Assembly: GCA_903822185.1 (NCBI GenBank)
Contig: CAIJOA010000049.1
Location: 432 to 64,431, forward strand
Origin: an uncultured Rhodospirillales bacterium
GTDB lineage: Bacteria; Pseudomonadota; Alphaproteobacteria; ATCC43930; CGMCC-115725
Direction: 5' to 3'
DNA: 64,000 bases
The notes beneath the pieces were generated by a model, which saw nothing but the letters and a program-made list of their open reading frames with translations, ran no database searches and had not been told where the DNA came from. The number at the start of each line of letters is the position of its first letter. Positions within the stretch are counted from its first letter, which is position 1. Made by a program: the position numbers and the translations under genes. Positions 50,540-59,824 of this stretch are shown in pieces.

Positions 50540-51622
50540 ATGGCTGAAGACAGCGATAGCGGCCAAAAAACAGAACAACCTAGTCAACGAAAACTGCAAC
50601 AAGCGCGCGAGCGCGGTCAGGTACCGCAATCGCGCGAAGTAAACACGTGGTTCATGCTGATGGCGGGAACCGGTTTGTTGGTTTTCGCGGGACCTTCGAT
50701 CGGCAAGGCGCTGGAACGTTCCTTGGCCGCCTTTCTGTCGTTGCACAGTTTCCTTGGCGATAGCGGCGTGCGCTGGGAAGCGGTGAGGGGTGCTATCGGC
50801 GAAGTCGGCGTTGCGATGGTCGTGCCGATGATCGTTCTGCTGGTCGTCGCGATCGGCGGGACGCTCGTGCAGACGGGGCTTCTGTTCGCGACCGAAAAGA
50901 TCAGTTTCGATATTTCCAAGATTTCACCGCTCGCCGGCTTCAAGCGGCTTTTTTCCATCCGCTCCGGCGTTGAGTTTTTCAAAAGCCTGGCAAAAGTCGC
51001 CGCCGTCGCGGCGGTGGCTTTCTGGACTGCGTTCCCGGCTGTCTCCCAACTCGCGCATATGATTCGCGAGCCGGTCGAAGCGATGCCGGGCGAAATCTAT
51101 AAGATCGTTCTGCATCTGCTGTTGGGCGTGCTGACCATCGTTACCGCCCTGGCGTTGGTCGATTACGTCTATCAGCGTATCAGCTTCATGAATTCCATGA
51201 AGATGTCGAAGCAGGACGTGAAGGAAGAAAACAAGCAGTCCGAAGGCGATCCCATCGTCAAAGGCCGCTTGCGCCAGATCCGCATGGAACGCGCGCGCCG
51301 CCGCATGATGACCGCGGTGCCGCAAGCCTCGGTGATCATCACCAACCCGACCCACTTTGCCGTCGCCTTGCAATATCAGATGGGGGGCACCGGTGCGCCG
51401 AAGGTCGTGGCGAAGGGTGCCGACTTGATCGCCTTCAAGATCCGCGAAATCGCCACCGAGCACGACATCCCGATCGTCGAGAATCCGCCGCTCGCGCGTG
51501 CGCTTTACGCCAATGTCGAGATCGACCGCGAAATCCCGCCCGAGCATTACAAGGCAGTCGCCGAGATCATCGGCTACGTCTTCCGCCTCAAAGGCAAGAT
51601 GCGGCCGCAGGCAGCGCGCTAG
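50540..51622 (+). CDS. flhB: Flagellar export switch protein FlhB
   Basis: GQKTEQPSQRKLQQARERGQVPQSRE N-terminus. The autocleavage motif NPTHFAVAL and IPIVENPPLARALY are present. Confidence 0.95.
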   Translation: MAEDSDSGQKTEQPSQRKLQQARERGQVPQSREVNTWFMLMAGTGLLVFAGPSIGKALERSLAAFLSLHSFLGDSGVRWEAVRGAIGEVGVAMVVPMIVLLVVAIGGTLVQTGLLFATEKISFDISKISPLAGFKRLFSIRSGVEFFKSLAKVAAVAAVAFWTAFPAVSQLAHMIREPVEAMPGEIYKIVLHLLLGVLTIVTALALVDYVYQRISFMNSMKMSKQDVKEENKQSEGDPIVKGRLRQIRMERARRRMMTAVPQASVIITNPTHFAVALQYQMGGTGAPKVVAKGADLIAFKIREIATEHDIPIVENPPLARALYANVEIDREIPPEHYKAVAEIIGYVFRLKGKMRPQAAR

Positions 51623-51728
51623 GCGCTTTCAACCGTCCAAAACCCAAGCTTTCCGACAAAAAGACAGGCGCCGATATAAAAAGAACGGGACCGATGTAAT
51701 CGGCCCTGCCGATCATGCTGCAATTGCG

Positions 51729-51757
51729 TTGACAGTTTCATCGGTCCCTATACATAT
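51729..51757 (+). promoter_or_regulatory. sigma70-like promoter TTGACA-N17-ACATAT abutting the dehydrogenase start (possibly leaderless mRNA)
   Basis: TTGACA at 51729-51734 and ACATAT at 51752-51757. ATG 51764 lies about 7 nt after the -10 element. Confidence 0.4.
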
Positions 51758-52639
51758 TTGGGTATGAAGGTCGGTTTTATCGGTCTCGGGCGCATGGGTG
51801 CGCCGATGGCAAAGCATCTTGCGACGGCGCATTTCACGCTGTCGCTGTTCGATCGCCGCGCGGAAGCGGCGGCATCTCTCGCGGCCGAACTGAGCGCGCG
51901 GGCGCTAACCGATCCGGCACAGGTCGCCAAGGAATCGACGGTCGTCGTCCTGAGTCTTCCGGGATACGAGCAAGTCGCCGGGGTCATGACAGGCCCCGGC
52001 GGAATTCTCGATGGCGCCGCACCGGGACTGATCGTCGTCGATACCACCACCGTCAGCATCGCGCAGAGCCGCGATCTCGCACGGCAATCCCTCGAACGCG
52101 GCGTCCATTATCTCGATGCGCCGGTCAGCGGCGCGCCGATCGGCATCACAGCCGCGGATGCGGGTACGCTGACGATCATGGTCGGGGGCCGGCATGAAGC
52201 CTTCCTTGAAGTAGAACCGGTTCTCGCGTCGATCGGCGGCAATGTGCGCTGGGTCGGTCCCAGCGGCGCGGGTTCCGCGATCAAGGCGATCAATCAGGCG
52301 GTCTATATCACCTATATGACGGCCTTTGCCGAAGGGCTCGCGATCGGCGAGGCGCTCGGCATATCGACCGACAACCTGCTTGATACGCTGGGCACGGCGG
52401 CGGCCGGAAATCCGACGATCTCGACCAAGTACGAAGAATTGAAGGGCCGCTCGAATAAGGCTTTTGCTGTCGATAGCGCGGTTCGCTATTTCGATATTCT
52501 CGAAGACGGCAGCCGCGATCTGCCGCTGTTGACGCCGGTTTTCGATGCGACTCAACGCTCGCTCCAAGACGCCGCGAAGCAATCGCTTGGCGCTTCGGAC
52601 CTTGTCATTGCCCGTCATCGCTACCGCCGCCCGGTATGA
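51758..52639 (+). CDS. NAD(P)-dependent beta-hydroxyacid dehydrogenase (3-hydroxyisobutyrate dehydrogenase family)
   Basis: MKVGFIGLGRMGAPMAKHL is a Rossmann motif, and the length is typical of the family. The likely start is ATG 51764. Confidence 0.8.
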   Translation: MGMKVGFIGLGRMGAPMAKHLATAHFTLSLFDRRAEAAASLAAELSARALTDPAQVAKESTVVVLSLPGYEQVAGVMTGPGGILDGAAPGLIVVDTTTVSIAQSRDLARQSLERGVHYLDAPVSGAPIGITAADAGTLTIMVGGRHEAFLEVEPVLASIGGNVRWVGPSGAGSAIKAINQAVYITYMTAFAEGLAIGEALGISTDNLLDTLGTAAAGNPTISTKYEELKGRSNKAFAVDSAVRYFDILEDGSRDLPLLTPVFDATQRSLQDAAKQSLGASDLVIARHRYRRPV

Positions 52640-52698
52640 CAGCGGCCTGGTCTTTGCGTCCTCTCATTCTGTCTTTCTTTCTCTGATCGGAAATCAAC

Positions 52699-54144
52699 AT
52701 GGCCAATATCAGCCTGCGCTCTTTCATCGATATCATCGATCAGCAGGGGCTGCTGCAGCGCGTCCAGCGCAGTGTCGATCGCGCCTGGGAACCGGCCACG
52801 CTCGCAAAATGGGTGTTCCAGGGACTGCCTGACGATAAACGCTTCGGTCTGTTGTTCGAGAAAGTCGCCGGATCGAAATTCCGCTTCGCGACCGGGCTCA
52901 TTGGCGCATCGACCGCATCTTATGCCGCGGCCATGGGCGTGAAGCCGAATGAGATCAATCAGAAATGGGTCGATGCTCTGTTGAAGCCGATCCCGCCCGT
53001 CACGGTGACCAAGGCGCCGTGCCAGGAAAATGTGCTGGTCGGCGCGGAGGTGAAACTTTCCGACCTGCCGATCCCGACTTGGACGCCGGGTAAGGACGTC
53101 GCGCCTTACATCACCAATCCGGTCATTACCAAGAACGCCGATACCGGTATTCAGAATGTCGGCGTCTATCGTACCCAGGTGCTGGACGAGCAACGCATCG
53201 TCATCAATCTCAATCCGGCCGGGCAGGGCACGCGCAATTCGCGCACCTATACCGACAAGGGCAAGCCCGCGCCGATCGCCTGGGTCATCGGCGGCGATCC
53301 GGCGATGCTGCTCGCGGCGACGGCCAAGCTGCCGTACGGCGTCAATGAAGCGGAAGCGGCCGGTGGTCTCGCCGGTGAACCAATCCCGTTCGTCAAAGCC
53401 AAGACCATCGATCTGATGGTGCCGGCCAATGCGGAATTCATCATCGAAGGTGAAATCGAACCCGGTGTCTCCTTGCCCGAAGGTCCGTTCGGCGAATTCG
53501 CTGGTTACATGGGCGGCGTCGCGCCGCGGCCGGTCGCGCGCATCACCGCGATCACCCATCGCAACGAGGCGATCTATTACGGCTTCACCAGCCAGATGCC
53601 GCCCAGCGAAAGCACGATCATGCAAAGCCTGACCAATGCGGGAGTTATCCTGAAGCAGCTTCGCTATGATCTCGGCGAATACACCGTCACCGACGCCTGG
53701 ATCGATCTCAATTACGGCGGCGCGATGGGCCATGCGATCATCGCCATGGACCCGCGCGATGCCGCGCACAGCAAGCGCGTCGGCGTCCTCCTCGCCACCA
53801 TGACCTCGTTGAAGCGTGTGACGGTCGTCGATTCCGACGTCGATATCCGCGATCCGGAACATATGGATTGGGCGCTCAATGCGCGCTTCGATCCGGGCAA
53901 CGATCTCGTCGTGCTTCATGGCGAGGGTCAGTTCGCGCATATGGATTCATCGGTGCGCACGGTCAACGGCCGTCCCGCGCCGGCCAGCAAGATCGTCATC
54001 GATGCGACTAAGAAGATGGATACCGGTCCGTTCTCGCTGCCCGACAAAGCTTACATGGATAAGGGCCTGGCGCTCTGGAAAGAGCTTGGCCTGCCCGAAC
54101 TCGATCCGCCGAAGCGTGCTTTGTATCGGATCGCGCAGTCGTAA
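52699..54144 (+). CDS. UbiD-family (prenyl-FMN-dependent) decarboxylase
   Basis: 481 aa. SLRSFIDIIDQQGLLQRV...NVGVYRTQVLD...EGPFGEFAGYMG are UbiD family patterns. Confidence 0.8.
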   Translation: MANISLRSFIDIIDQQGLLQRVQRSVDRAWEPATLAKWVFQGLPDDKRFGLLFEKVAGSKFRFATGLIGASTASYAAAMGVKPNEINQKWVDALLKPIPPVTVTKAPCQENVLVGAEVKLSDLPIPTWTPGKDVAPYITNPVITKNADTGIQNVGVYRTQVLDEQRIVINLNPAGQGTRNSRTYTDKGKPAPIAWVIGGDPAMLLAATAKLPYGVNEAEAAGGLAGEPIPFVKAKTIDLMVPANAEFIIEGEIEPGVSLPEGPFGEFAGYMGGVAPRPVARITAITHRNEAIYYGFTSQMPPSESTIMQSLTNAGVILKQLRYDLGEYTVTDAWIDLNYGGAMGHAIIAMDPRDAAHSKRVGVLLATMTSLKRVTVVDSDVDIRDPEHMDWALNARFDPGNDLVVLHGEGQFAHMDSSVRTVNGRPAPASKIVIDATKKMDTGPFSLPDKAYMDKGLALWKELGLPELDPPKRALYRIAQS

Positions 54145-54202
54145 TTCGACTTAGTGGCCCTCCCTATCGCCGGTGTTAGACTGGCGGCAGGGAGGGCGCA
54201 TC

Positions 54203-55303
54203 ATGGCAAAAATAGACTTCGCCTTATGGGACGCGGTCGGCGGCTATTCGGGTTCCGAGGAATCCATGGCCGACGTCTATGACGAACATATTCGTCTGGC
54301 GCAGGAACTCGACGAAGCCGGCTGGCATTCCTATTTCGTCATCGAACATCAGAACTCGCCGATCGGGCGGATCACCGCGCCCAGCATCTTCCTGACCGCC
54401 GTCGCTCGCGCCACCAAACAACTCCGCATCGGCGCGATGATGTGGCAATTGCCGTTCTATCATCCCATTCGTCTCGCCCAAGAAGTTGCGATGTTGGATC
54501 AGCTATCGCGCGGGCGCGTCGAATTCGGCACCGGCATCGGCGTGCACGAGCATGAGTTTATCCGCTGGGGCGTCGATTTCTATCAGCGCGCCGCGATCTC
54601 GGGTGAAGTGCTCGACATCGTTCGCATGGCCTGGAGCGGCAACGAAGTCACCTTCAAGGGCAAGTACTTCACCTTCGACGAAGCCCTGCCGCAACCGCTG
54701 CCGTATCAAAAGCCGCATCCGCCGATCTGGGCAGCGGTTCATTCCGACGCAGCGATCGAATTTGCCGCGCGGAACAATTTCCATGTCGCGCAGAATCTCG
54801 ACACCGACGAGGTCGTGGCGCGAAAGTTCGATCTTTTCCGCAAGATCTGGCGCGAGTGCAATCATGCTGGTCCGATGCCGCGCGTCTTTTTGCAACGCCA
54901 GATCCATGTCGCCGAGACTGACGAGAAGGCCCATGCCGAAGCGCGTCAGTTTCTGGCGACACGCGAAGGTGGGGCGGTACCGGTCGGCGGCGGCCGGCTC
55001 GACCATACGCGGATCGGCTGGGGCACGCATGCGCGCGGCATGGGGCGCGATAGCGAAAGGCCTAGCGACAAGGCGCGCGGCGAAGTGATCTTCAAGGCGG
55101 CGCGTAGCTACGAGTTTACGTTGGAGCAAGGTCTTGCCGTCGTCGGCAGTCCTGAAACGGTGATCCGCATCCTGACCGAAAGCCAGCAACGCATCGGCTA
55201 CGACATCTTCTGCGCCAATCACGAAATCGGCCTGATGCCGAAGGATCAGGTCCGCAATTCGATCCGGCTGATGAGCAAAGAGGTCTTGCCCGCCTTCCGG
55301 TGA
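54203..55303 (+). CDS. Luciferase-like (LLM class) flavin-dependent monooxygenase
   Basis: FVIEHQNSP...LAQEVAMLDQLSRGRVEFGTGIG is the LLM pattern. ATG 54203 is preceded by gggaggg. Confidence 0.75.
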   Translation: MAKIDFALWDAVGGYSGSEESMADVYDEHIRLAQELDEAGWHSYFVIEHQNSPIGRITAPSIFLTAVARATKQLRIGAMMWQLPFYHPIRLAQEVAMLDQLSRGRVEFGTGIGVHEHEFIRWGVDFYQRAAISGEVLDIVRMAWSGNEVTFKGKYFTFDEALPQPLPYQKPHPPIWAAVHSDAAIEFAARNNFHVAQNLDTDEVVARKFDLFRKIWRECNHAGPMPRVFLQRQIHVAETDEKAHAEARQFLATREGGAVPVGGGRLDHTRIGWGTHARGMGRDSERPSDKARGEVIFKAARSYEFTLEQGLAVVGSPETVIRILTESQQRIGYDIFCANHEIGLMPKDQVRNSIRLMSKEVLPAFR

Positions 55304-55304
55304 C

Positions 55305-56270
55305 TCAGGGCAAGTAGCCGCGCTCTTTCCAGTAACGCTCGGCGCCGGGATGGAGCGGGATATAGAGTGCGCCGTCCTTGCCGTCCTTGCACAGCCGTTC
55401 CAGCGGCATCGGCCCGCTGCCGAGCCAGGGGATCTGCGCCTTGCGGTTATCGGCTGCTGCGCAGAAATTATAGATCATCTCGTCCGGCGCACTTTCGAGG
55501 CAGAAGACCGGCCAGCCGCTGAAATCGATCGACCAAACATCTTCGCCAAGGCCCGGATATTCCTCGTCTGTGATCGCGGCGCGGCGTAACCCGTCGGCTT
55601 CGAGCGCCTGTAGCTGCGGTTCATCGACGGCCAAGAAACGCACGCCCATGGCGATGGCTTGCGGCGCGAATAGCGGCAGCGCCTCGTCCCACACCGCATC
55701 CAATTCGCCTCGCTCGACCGCGCCCAGCCGGTCGGGGCGATAGGGCATACCCTCCGTATAAACCACCTTGCCGCCCCAACTGACGATATCGTCCAGCGAC
55801 ATGCCGTAGGCGCTGAGAACATGATTGCAGACCAAATGCACCGAATGGTTCGGCTGCCCGCGCAGCGAGATGCGCAGCGGGTAACGTGTCCGTTTGAGGT
55901 CACCGAGAGTCTTGAGGCCGGTTTTGGCGCTGACGGCAAAGCCCAATTGATCGAACTGCGGAATGACCATCAGCGAGCGTAGCGGCAGCGGTTTCTTGTA
56001 AGGCCCACGCCCGCGCACCGCCATGCCGAGAACGCCGCCGGGATTGCAGATCGCGATATCGGCTTCGCCGTTGATGACCGCGTCGATGGAATCTGGCGCG
56101 TCGCTGGCGAAGAGCCGCGTCTTCCATTCGGTATCGCCCTGCGCCCTCATCATGATCATCACCTGCCGCTCGCGCCATTCATTGGCCCCGGCTAGTTCCG
56201 AGGCGGCTTCGAGCATCAGCCGCGAACGCATGATCGCGGGCGTGTGCAGGGGTTTTTGTGGGGTCAACAT
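55305..56270 (-). CDS. TAXI-family (TRAP solute receptor-like) protein without signal peptide
   Basis: 321 aa with a C-terminal PLHPGAERYWKERGYL typical of TAXI proteins. The N-terminus is hydrophilic. Confidence 0.6.
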   Translation of the reverse strand: MLTPQKPLHTPAIMRSRLMLEAASELAGANEWRERQVMIMMRAQGDTEWKTRLFASDAPDSIDAVINGEADIAICNPGGVLGMAVRGRGPYKKPLPLRSLMVIPQFDQLGFAVSAKTGLKTLGDLKRTRYPLRISLRGQPNHSVHLVCNHVLSAYGMSLDDIVSWGGKVVYTEGMPYRPDRLGAVERGELDAVWDEALPLFAPQAIAMGVRFLAVDEPQLQALEADGLRRAAITDEEYPGLGEDVWSIDFSGWPVFCLESAPDEMIYNFCAAADNRKAQIPWLGSGPMPLERLCKDGKDGALYIPLHPGAERYWKERGYLP

Positions 56271-56287
56271 GATGGGCGTCCTTATCG

Positions 56288-57265
56288 CTACTTCTTCGGC
56301 AAATAGGCTTCGGTATAGAGCTTGGTCATGTCGATCGATTCATTGATCAGGCCGAGATCGATGAAGGACCGTTGCAAGGTCGCCAACGAGGCGGTGTCGA
56401 AGCGGCAGTCCGGCGAATACATGTCGCGGACGATATCGTATTCCTTGTCCATGACGCTTTCCGAGAAGCCGGTGATGGCGGCTTCGATCTTTACCGCTTC
56501 GGCTTTATGCGCGCGGATATAGTCGGTGGTTTCAAGCCAGCCGGCGATGAAAGCGCGGATTGCATCGGGGTTGGTTTCGATCAATTTGTTCGAGGCATAA
56601 ATCGCGCCGGCGGCGATGGTGCCGACATAATCGGACACCGGAAACAGCACGCGTCCGACCTTTTTTTCCTCCATCGTCAGAAACGATGTCGTGCCGCCGA
56701 TATAGGCGTCGAGTTCGTGATTCTGGAACGCCGCCGCGGCGGAGCTGCCGCTGCCGATCATCACGCGGGTAACGCCGTTCGGCCCCCAGCCTTCCTTGCG
56801 TTGCAGCTCCTGCGCCAGCCAGTCGGTCATCGATCCCGACGCGGATACGCCGATCTTCTTCCCTTTGAGATCGGCCCTGGTTTTGATCGGCGAATCCCAC
56901 GGCACGCCGACACTGGTGTAAGGCAGCGTCGTCGCGTTCTCGCACACCGCCATCATGGGCACGCCCTTCGCGATGAACACCATCTGGGTGCCGTCGCCGT
57001 CGCCGATATCGATGCTGCCCGCGACCAGCGCCTGCACCATCTTACTGCCGCCGGCGAAATCGACGATCTTCAGGTCGAGCCCGTGCTTTTTGAAAATGCC
57101 CAGCCGCTCGCCGACATTGACCGGGATGATCGCTTCGGCATTCGCCGCTGCCTTGCCCACGGTGATCGTCGTGTCGGCCATGGCGGGCGACGACGCCAGG
57201 GCCAGCATGGCCAGCGCGGCCCCCATCAATCCATGCAGCGTGCATGTCCTCACGGCATCCTCCAC
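56288..57265 (-). CDS. ABC-type solute-binding protein, NMT1/sulfonate-like, with signal peptide
   Basis: 325 aa with a signal peptide ending PAMADT. FKKHGLDLKIVDFAGGSKMVQAL fits the family. Confidence 0.7.
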   Translation of the reverse strand: MEDAVRTCTLHGLMGAALAMLALASSPAMADTTITVGKAAANAEAIIPVNVGERLGIFKKHGLDLKIVDFAGGSKMVQALVAGSIDIGDGDGTQMVFIAKGVPMMAVCENATTLPYTSVGVPWDSPIKTRADLKGKKIGVSASGSMTDWLAQELQRKEGWGPNGVTRVMIGSGSSAAAAFQNHELDAYIGGTTSFLTMEEKKVGRVLFPVSDYVGTIAAGAIYASNKLIETNPDAIRAFIAGWLETTDYIRAHKAEAVKIEAAITGFSESVMDKEYDIVRDMYSPDCRFDTASLATLQRSFIDLGLINESIDMTKLYTEAYLPKK

Positions 57266-57428
57266 TTCGGTGTATTTTTATCGCGCCGAATTCGCGCGAC
57301 GGTATCGCATCGTCACCGCAACGTCACCCGCTAGTTTGAGTGGCGAAACTTGCGGCTCATTCCGGTCCGGTGTATCGGTGGATTAACGCCGAAAAAGCCG
57401 CCAATGGCAGGAGCAGGAAGAGGAACGC

Positions 57429-58634
57429 ATGTTCGTACCCGGGCCCAGATTCGCTTCACCCTATGCCGGCATGTCGATCTCCCATGCAGAGGCGATCGAA
57501 CGCGCCAAAACCATCGCGCCGGTCGCCAAGCGCAACGCCGTCGCCGCCGAAGAGCTGCGGCGGATGCCCGAGGAAAATATCCAGGCGATCCTCGATTCCG
57601 GTTTGATGCCGCTGATGCGTCCGAAGAAGTTCGGCGGCTATCAGGCGGACTGGATGACCTCGATCGATTGCGTCTCCGAGGTCGCGCGCTTCTGTGGTTC
57701 GACCGGCTGGTGCATGACCTTCCTGCTGCTGCATCAAGTCTTTCTCAGCCTCTTTCCCGAAGAGGCGCAGCGTCTTGTCTATGAAACCCATCCCGATCCG
57801 CAAATCCTGACCTCGTTCAATCCGGTAGGCAACGTCAAGGTGGTGCCCGGCGGTTACGAGGTCAGCGGCCGCTGGCGTTTCGGCTCGGTCGGTGATTACT
57901 GCCAATGGGCCATCCTCGGCGGTACGCACAAGGCGGAAGACGGCACCTCGTTTCGGTTTAACTTCCTGCTGAAACCCGGCCAGTTCCGCATCGAACGTGT
58001 CTGGAACAGCGTCGGGCTCAAGGGCACCGGCAGCAACGATATCCTGGTCGATCCGACCTTCGTGCCGACGAATTTCACCTATCGCCTCGATCACGCGATG
58101 ATGGGCAAGGCGCCGGGTGCTTCGGCGCATGAGGGCGTCCTCTATCGCACACCGTTCGTTTTCAGCATGGGCTTTCCGGTGATGACGCCGATGCATGGCA
58201 TCGCGCGCGGTGCTTATGAATCTTTCATTGATTTCACCACCGCAAAGGCCGCGGGTCCGCGCGGCAAGTCGAGCGAGATGGACCGGGTGCAGATCGCCAT
58301 TGGTGAATCGAAAGCCGATATCGATCTCGCCTATCTCGTCAGCGAAAAAATGTGCGCGACGACGTTCCAGGATAAGAAACTGACCCGCGAAGACGCGGTA
58401 CGGCAGCGGCGTGATATGGTGCTGGTGAAAGACCTGTTGCTCCGCGCGGTCGATCGGTTGTTCGCGATGAGCGGCGCGCACGGTCTCGATGTTGAGATCG
58501 CGCTGCAGCGCCATTGGCGCGATCTTCATGCCATCGGCAATCATTCGCAATGGACCGCGCCGGCGATGCAGATCGCTGGCCGCGACGCGCTGGGACTGCC
58601 GCCGCTGCCGACCGACGTTTATCAGTTCTCATGA
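57429..58634 (+). CDS. Acyl-CoA-dehydrogenase-fold flavin-dependent monooxygenase, oxygenase component
   Basis: 401 aa. AAEELRRMPEENIQAILDSGLMPLMRPKKFGGYQ resembles group D two-component oxygenases (HsaA/DszC-like). No reductase partner was seen. Confidence 0.65.
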   Translation: MFVPGPRFASPYAGMSISHAEAIERAKTIAPVAKRNAVAAEELRRMPEENIQAILDSGLMPLMRPKKFGGYQADWMTSIDCVSEVARFCGSTGWCMTFLLLHQVFLSLFPEEAQRLVYETHPDPQILTSFNPVGNVKVVPGGYEVSGRWRFGSVGDYCQWAILGGTHKAEDGTSFRFNFLLKPGQFRIERVWNSVGLKGTGSNDILVDPTFVPTNFTYRLDHAMMGKAPGASAHEGVLYRTPFVFSMGFPVMTPMHGIARGAYESFIDFTTAKAAGPRGKSSEMDRVQIAIGESKADIDLAYLVSEKMCATTFQDKKLTREDAVRQRRDMVLVKDLLLRAVDRLFAMSGAHGLDVEIALQRHWRDLHAIGNHSQWTAPAMQIAGRDALGLPPLPTDVYQFS

Positions 58635-59824
58635 CCCAGTTGGGACGGATCGTCATCGTCGGGGGCGGGCTCGCCGGATTGGCGACGGCGAACGCATTGG
58701 CCAAGTTCGGCATGAAGGCCGAGGTCTATGAGGCCGCGCCGATGCTCGGCGAAATCGGTGCCGGGGTGAACACCAGTCCGCAAGCGAACAAGGCGCTGAT
58801 CGCCATCGGGCTCGGCGACAAGATCAGCGCTGTCGGCTGGTCCGCACCGGGCGCGTACACCCGCAATATGGAAACCGGCGAATTCCTTGAATTCGCCGAC
58901 CGTGCGAAAACCTCGGCGAAATATGGCGCGCCTTATTACACCTTCCATCGCGCCGATCTGCTCGATGCGTTGGCGAGCGGGCTCGATCCGGTGACGATCC
59001 ATCTCGGCCATCGCCTGAGCGCCATCGAAGATCGGGGGGCGGCGGTGACGGTGACCTTCACCAATGGCGTGACGGTCGAAGCGGATATGGTGATCGCAGC
59101 CGATGGTGTGCGCTCGGTCGTGCGTCAGGCGCTCTATGGCGACGATAACCCCACCTACACAGGCCAGATGGTGTGGCGCGCTTTGCTCAAGGGCAGCGAC
59201 GTGCCGAAAGAGGTGATGGAGCCGACCGGCTATGTCCAGTGGGTCGGATCGGGACGTCACCTCAATGCCTATTACCTGCGCGGCGGCGAGGTCATCAACA
59301 TCGTCACCCAGGAAGACACCGATCAATGGGTCGATGAGGGCTGGTCCACCAGCGGCGATCCCGATGCGATGCGGCGCAGCTTTCCGAATGCGGAACCGCG
59401 GCTCGAACGATTGCTGAGATGCGTTACGGATTGTTCCAAGTGGGGACTTTTCACCCGGCCGCTGACCGATAATTGGGGGCGCGGCCGTATCCAACTCATC
59501 GGCGATGCCGCCCATGCGATGCTGCCCAATGCCGGGCAGGGCGCGTGCCAGGCGTTTGAAGACGCTTATATCCTCGCGCGTTGGATGGACGCGGAGCGCG
59601 ATCCGGTCAAAGCCTTTGCGAATTTCCGCCGCGTCCGCATCCCGCGCGTCCATGCCGTCCAGCGGCTCGCGATCGCACGCGCGAAGTTCAAGCATATGCA
59701 GGACAGTGCGGCGCAGAAGGAACTTATTACCTCTGGTCAACGCAGCGGCTCGGTCAGCTCGGATTGGCTGCTCGGTTTCGATCCCGTCGCCGACTGGGAC
59801 AAAGACCCGGTGGTCCCGAACTGA
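58631..59824 (+). CDS. FAD-dependent aromatic-ring hydroxylase (salicylate 1-monooxygenase-like)
   Basis: I place the start at ATG 58631 (MTQLGRIVIVGGGLAGLATANAL, GxGxxG), overlapping the upstream stop as ATGA. LIGDAAHAMLPNAGQGACQAFEDA is the FAD motif. Confidence 0.8.
   Translation: MTQLGRIVIVGGGLAGLATANALAKFGMKAEVYEAAPMLGEIGAGVNTSPQANKALIAIGLGDKISAVGWSAPGAYTRNMETGEFLEFADRAKTSAKYGAPYYTFHRADLLDALASGLDPVTIHLGHRLSAIEDRGAAVTVTFTNGVTVEADMVIAADGVRSVVRQALYGDDNPTYTGQMVWRALLKGSDVPKEVMEPTGYVQWVGSGRHLNAYYLRGGEVINIVTQEDTDQWVDEGWSTSGDPDAMRRSFPNAEPRLERLLRCVTDCSKWGLFTRPLTDNWGRGRIQLIGDAAHAMLPNAGQGACQAFEDAYILARWMDAERDPVKAFANFRRVRIPRVHAVQRLAIARAKFKHMQDSAAQKELITSGQRSGSVSSDWLLGFDPVADWDKDPVVPN

Noticed and set aside
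52621-53940. 439-aa minus-strand ORF, and similarly 58622-60010 (462 aa) and 46346-47644 (432 aa, plus strand)
   Set aside because: Each is antisense to a gene with clear family motifs (UbiD; FAD monooxygenase and TAXI-like; fliP and fliO). All are shadow ORFs.
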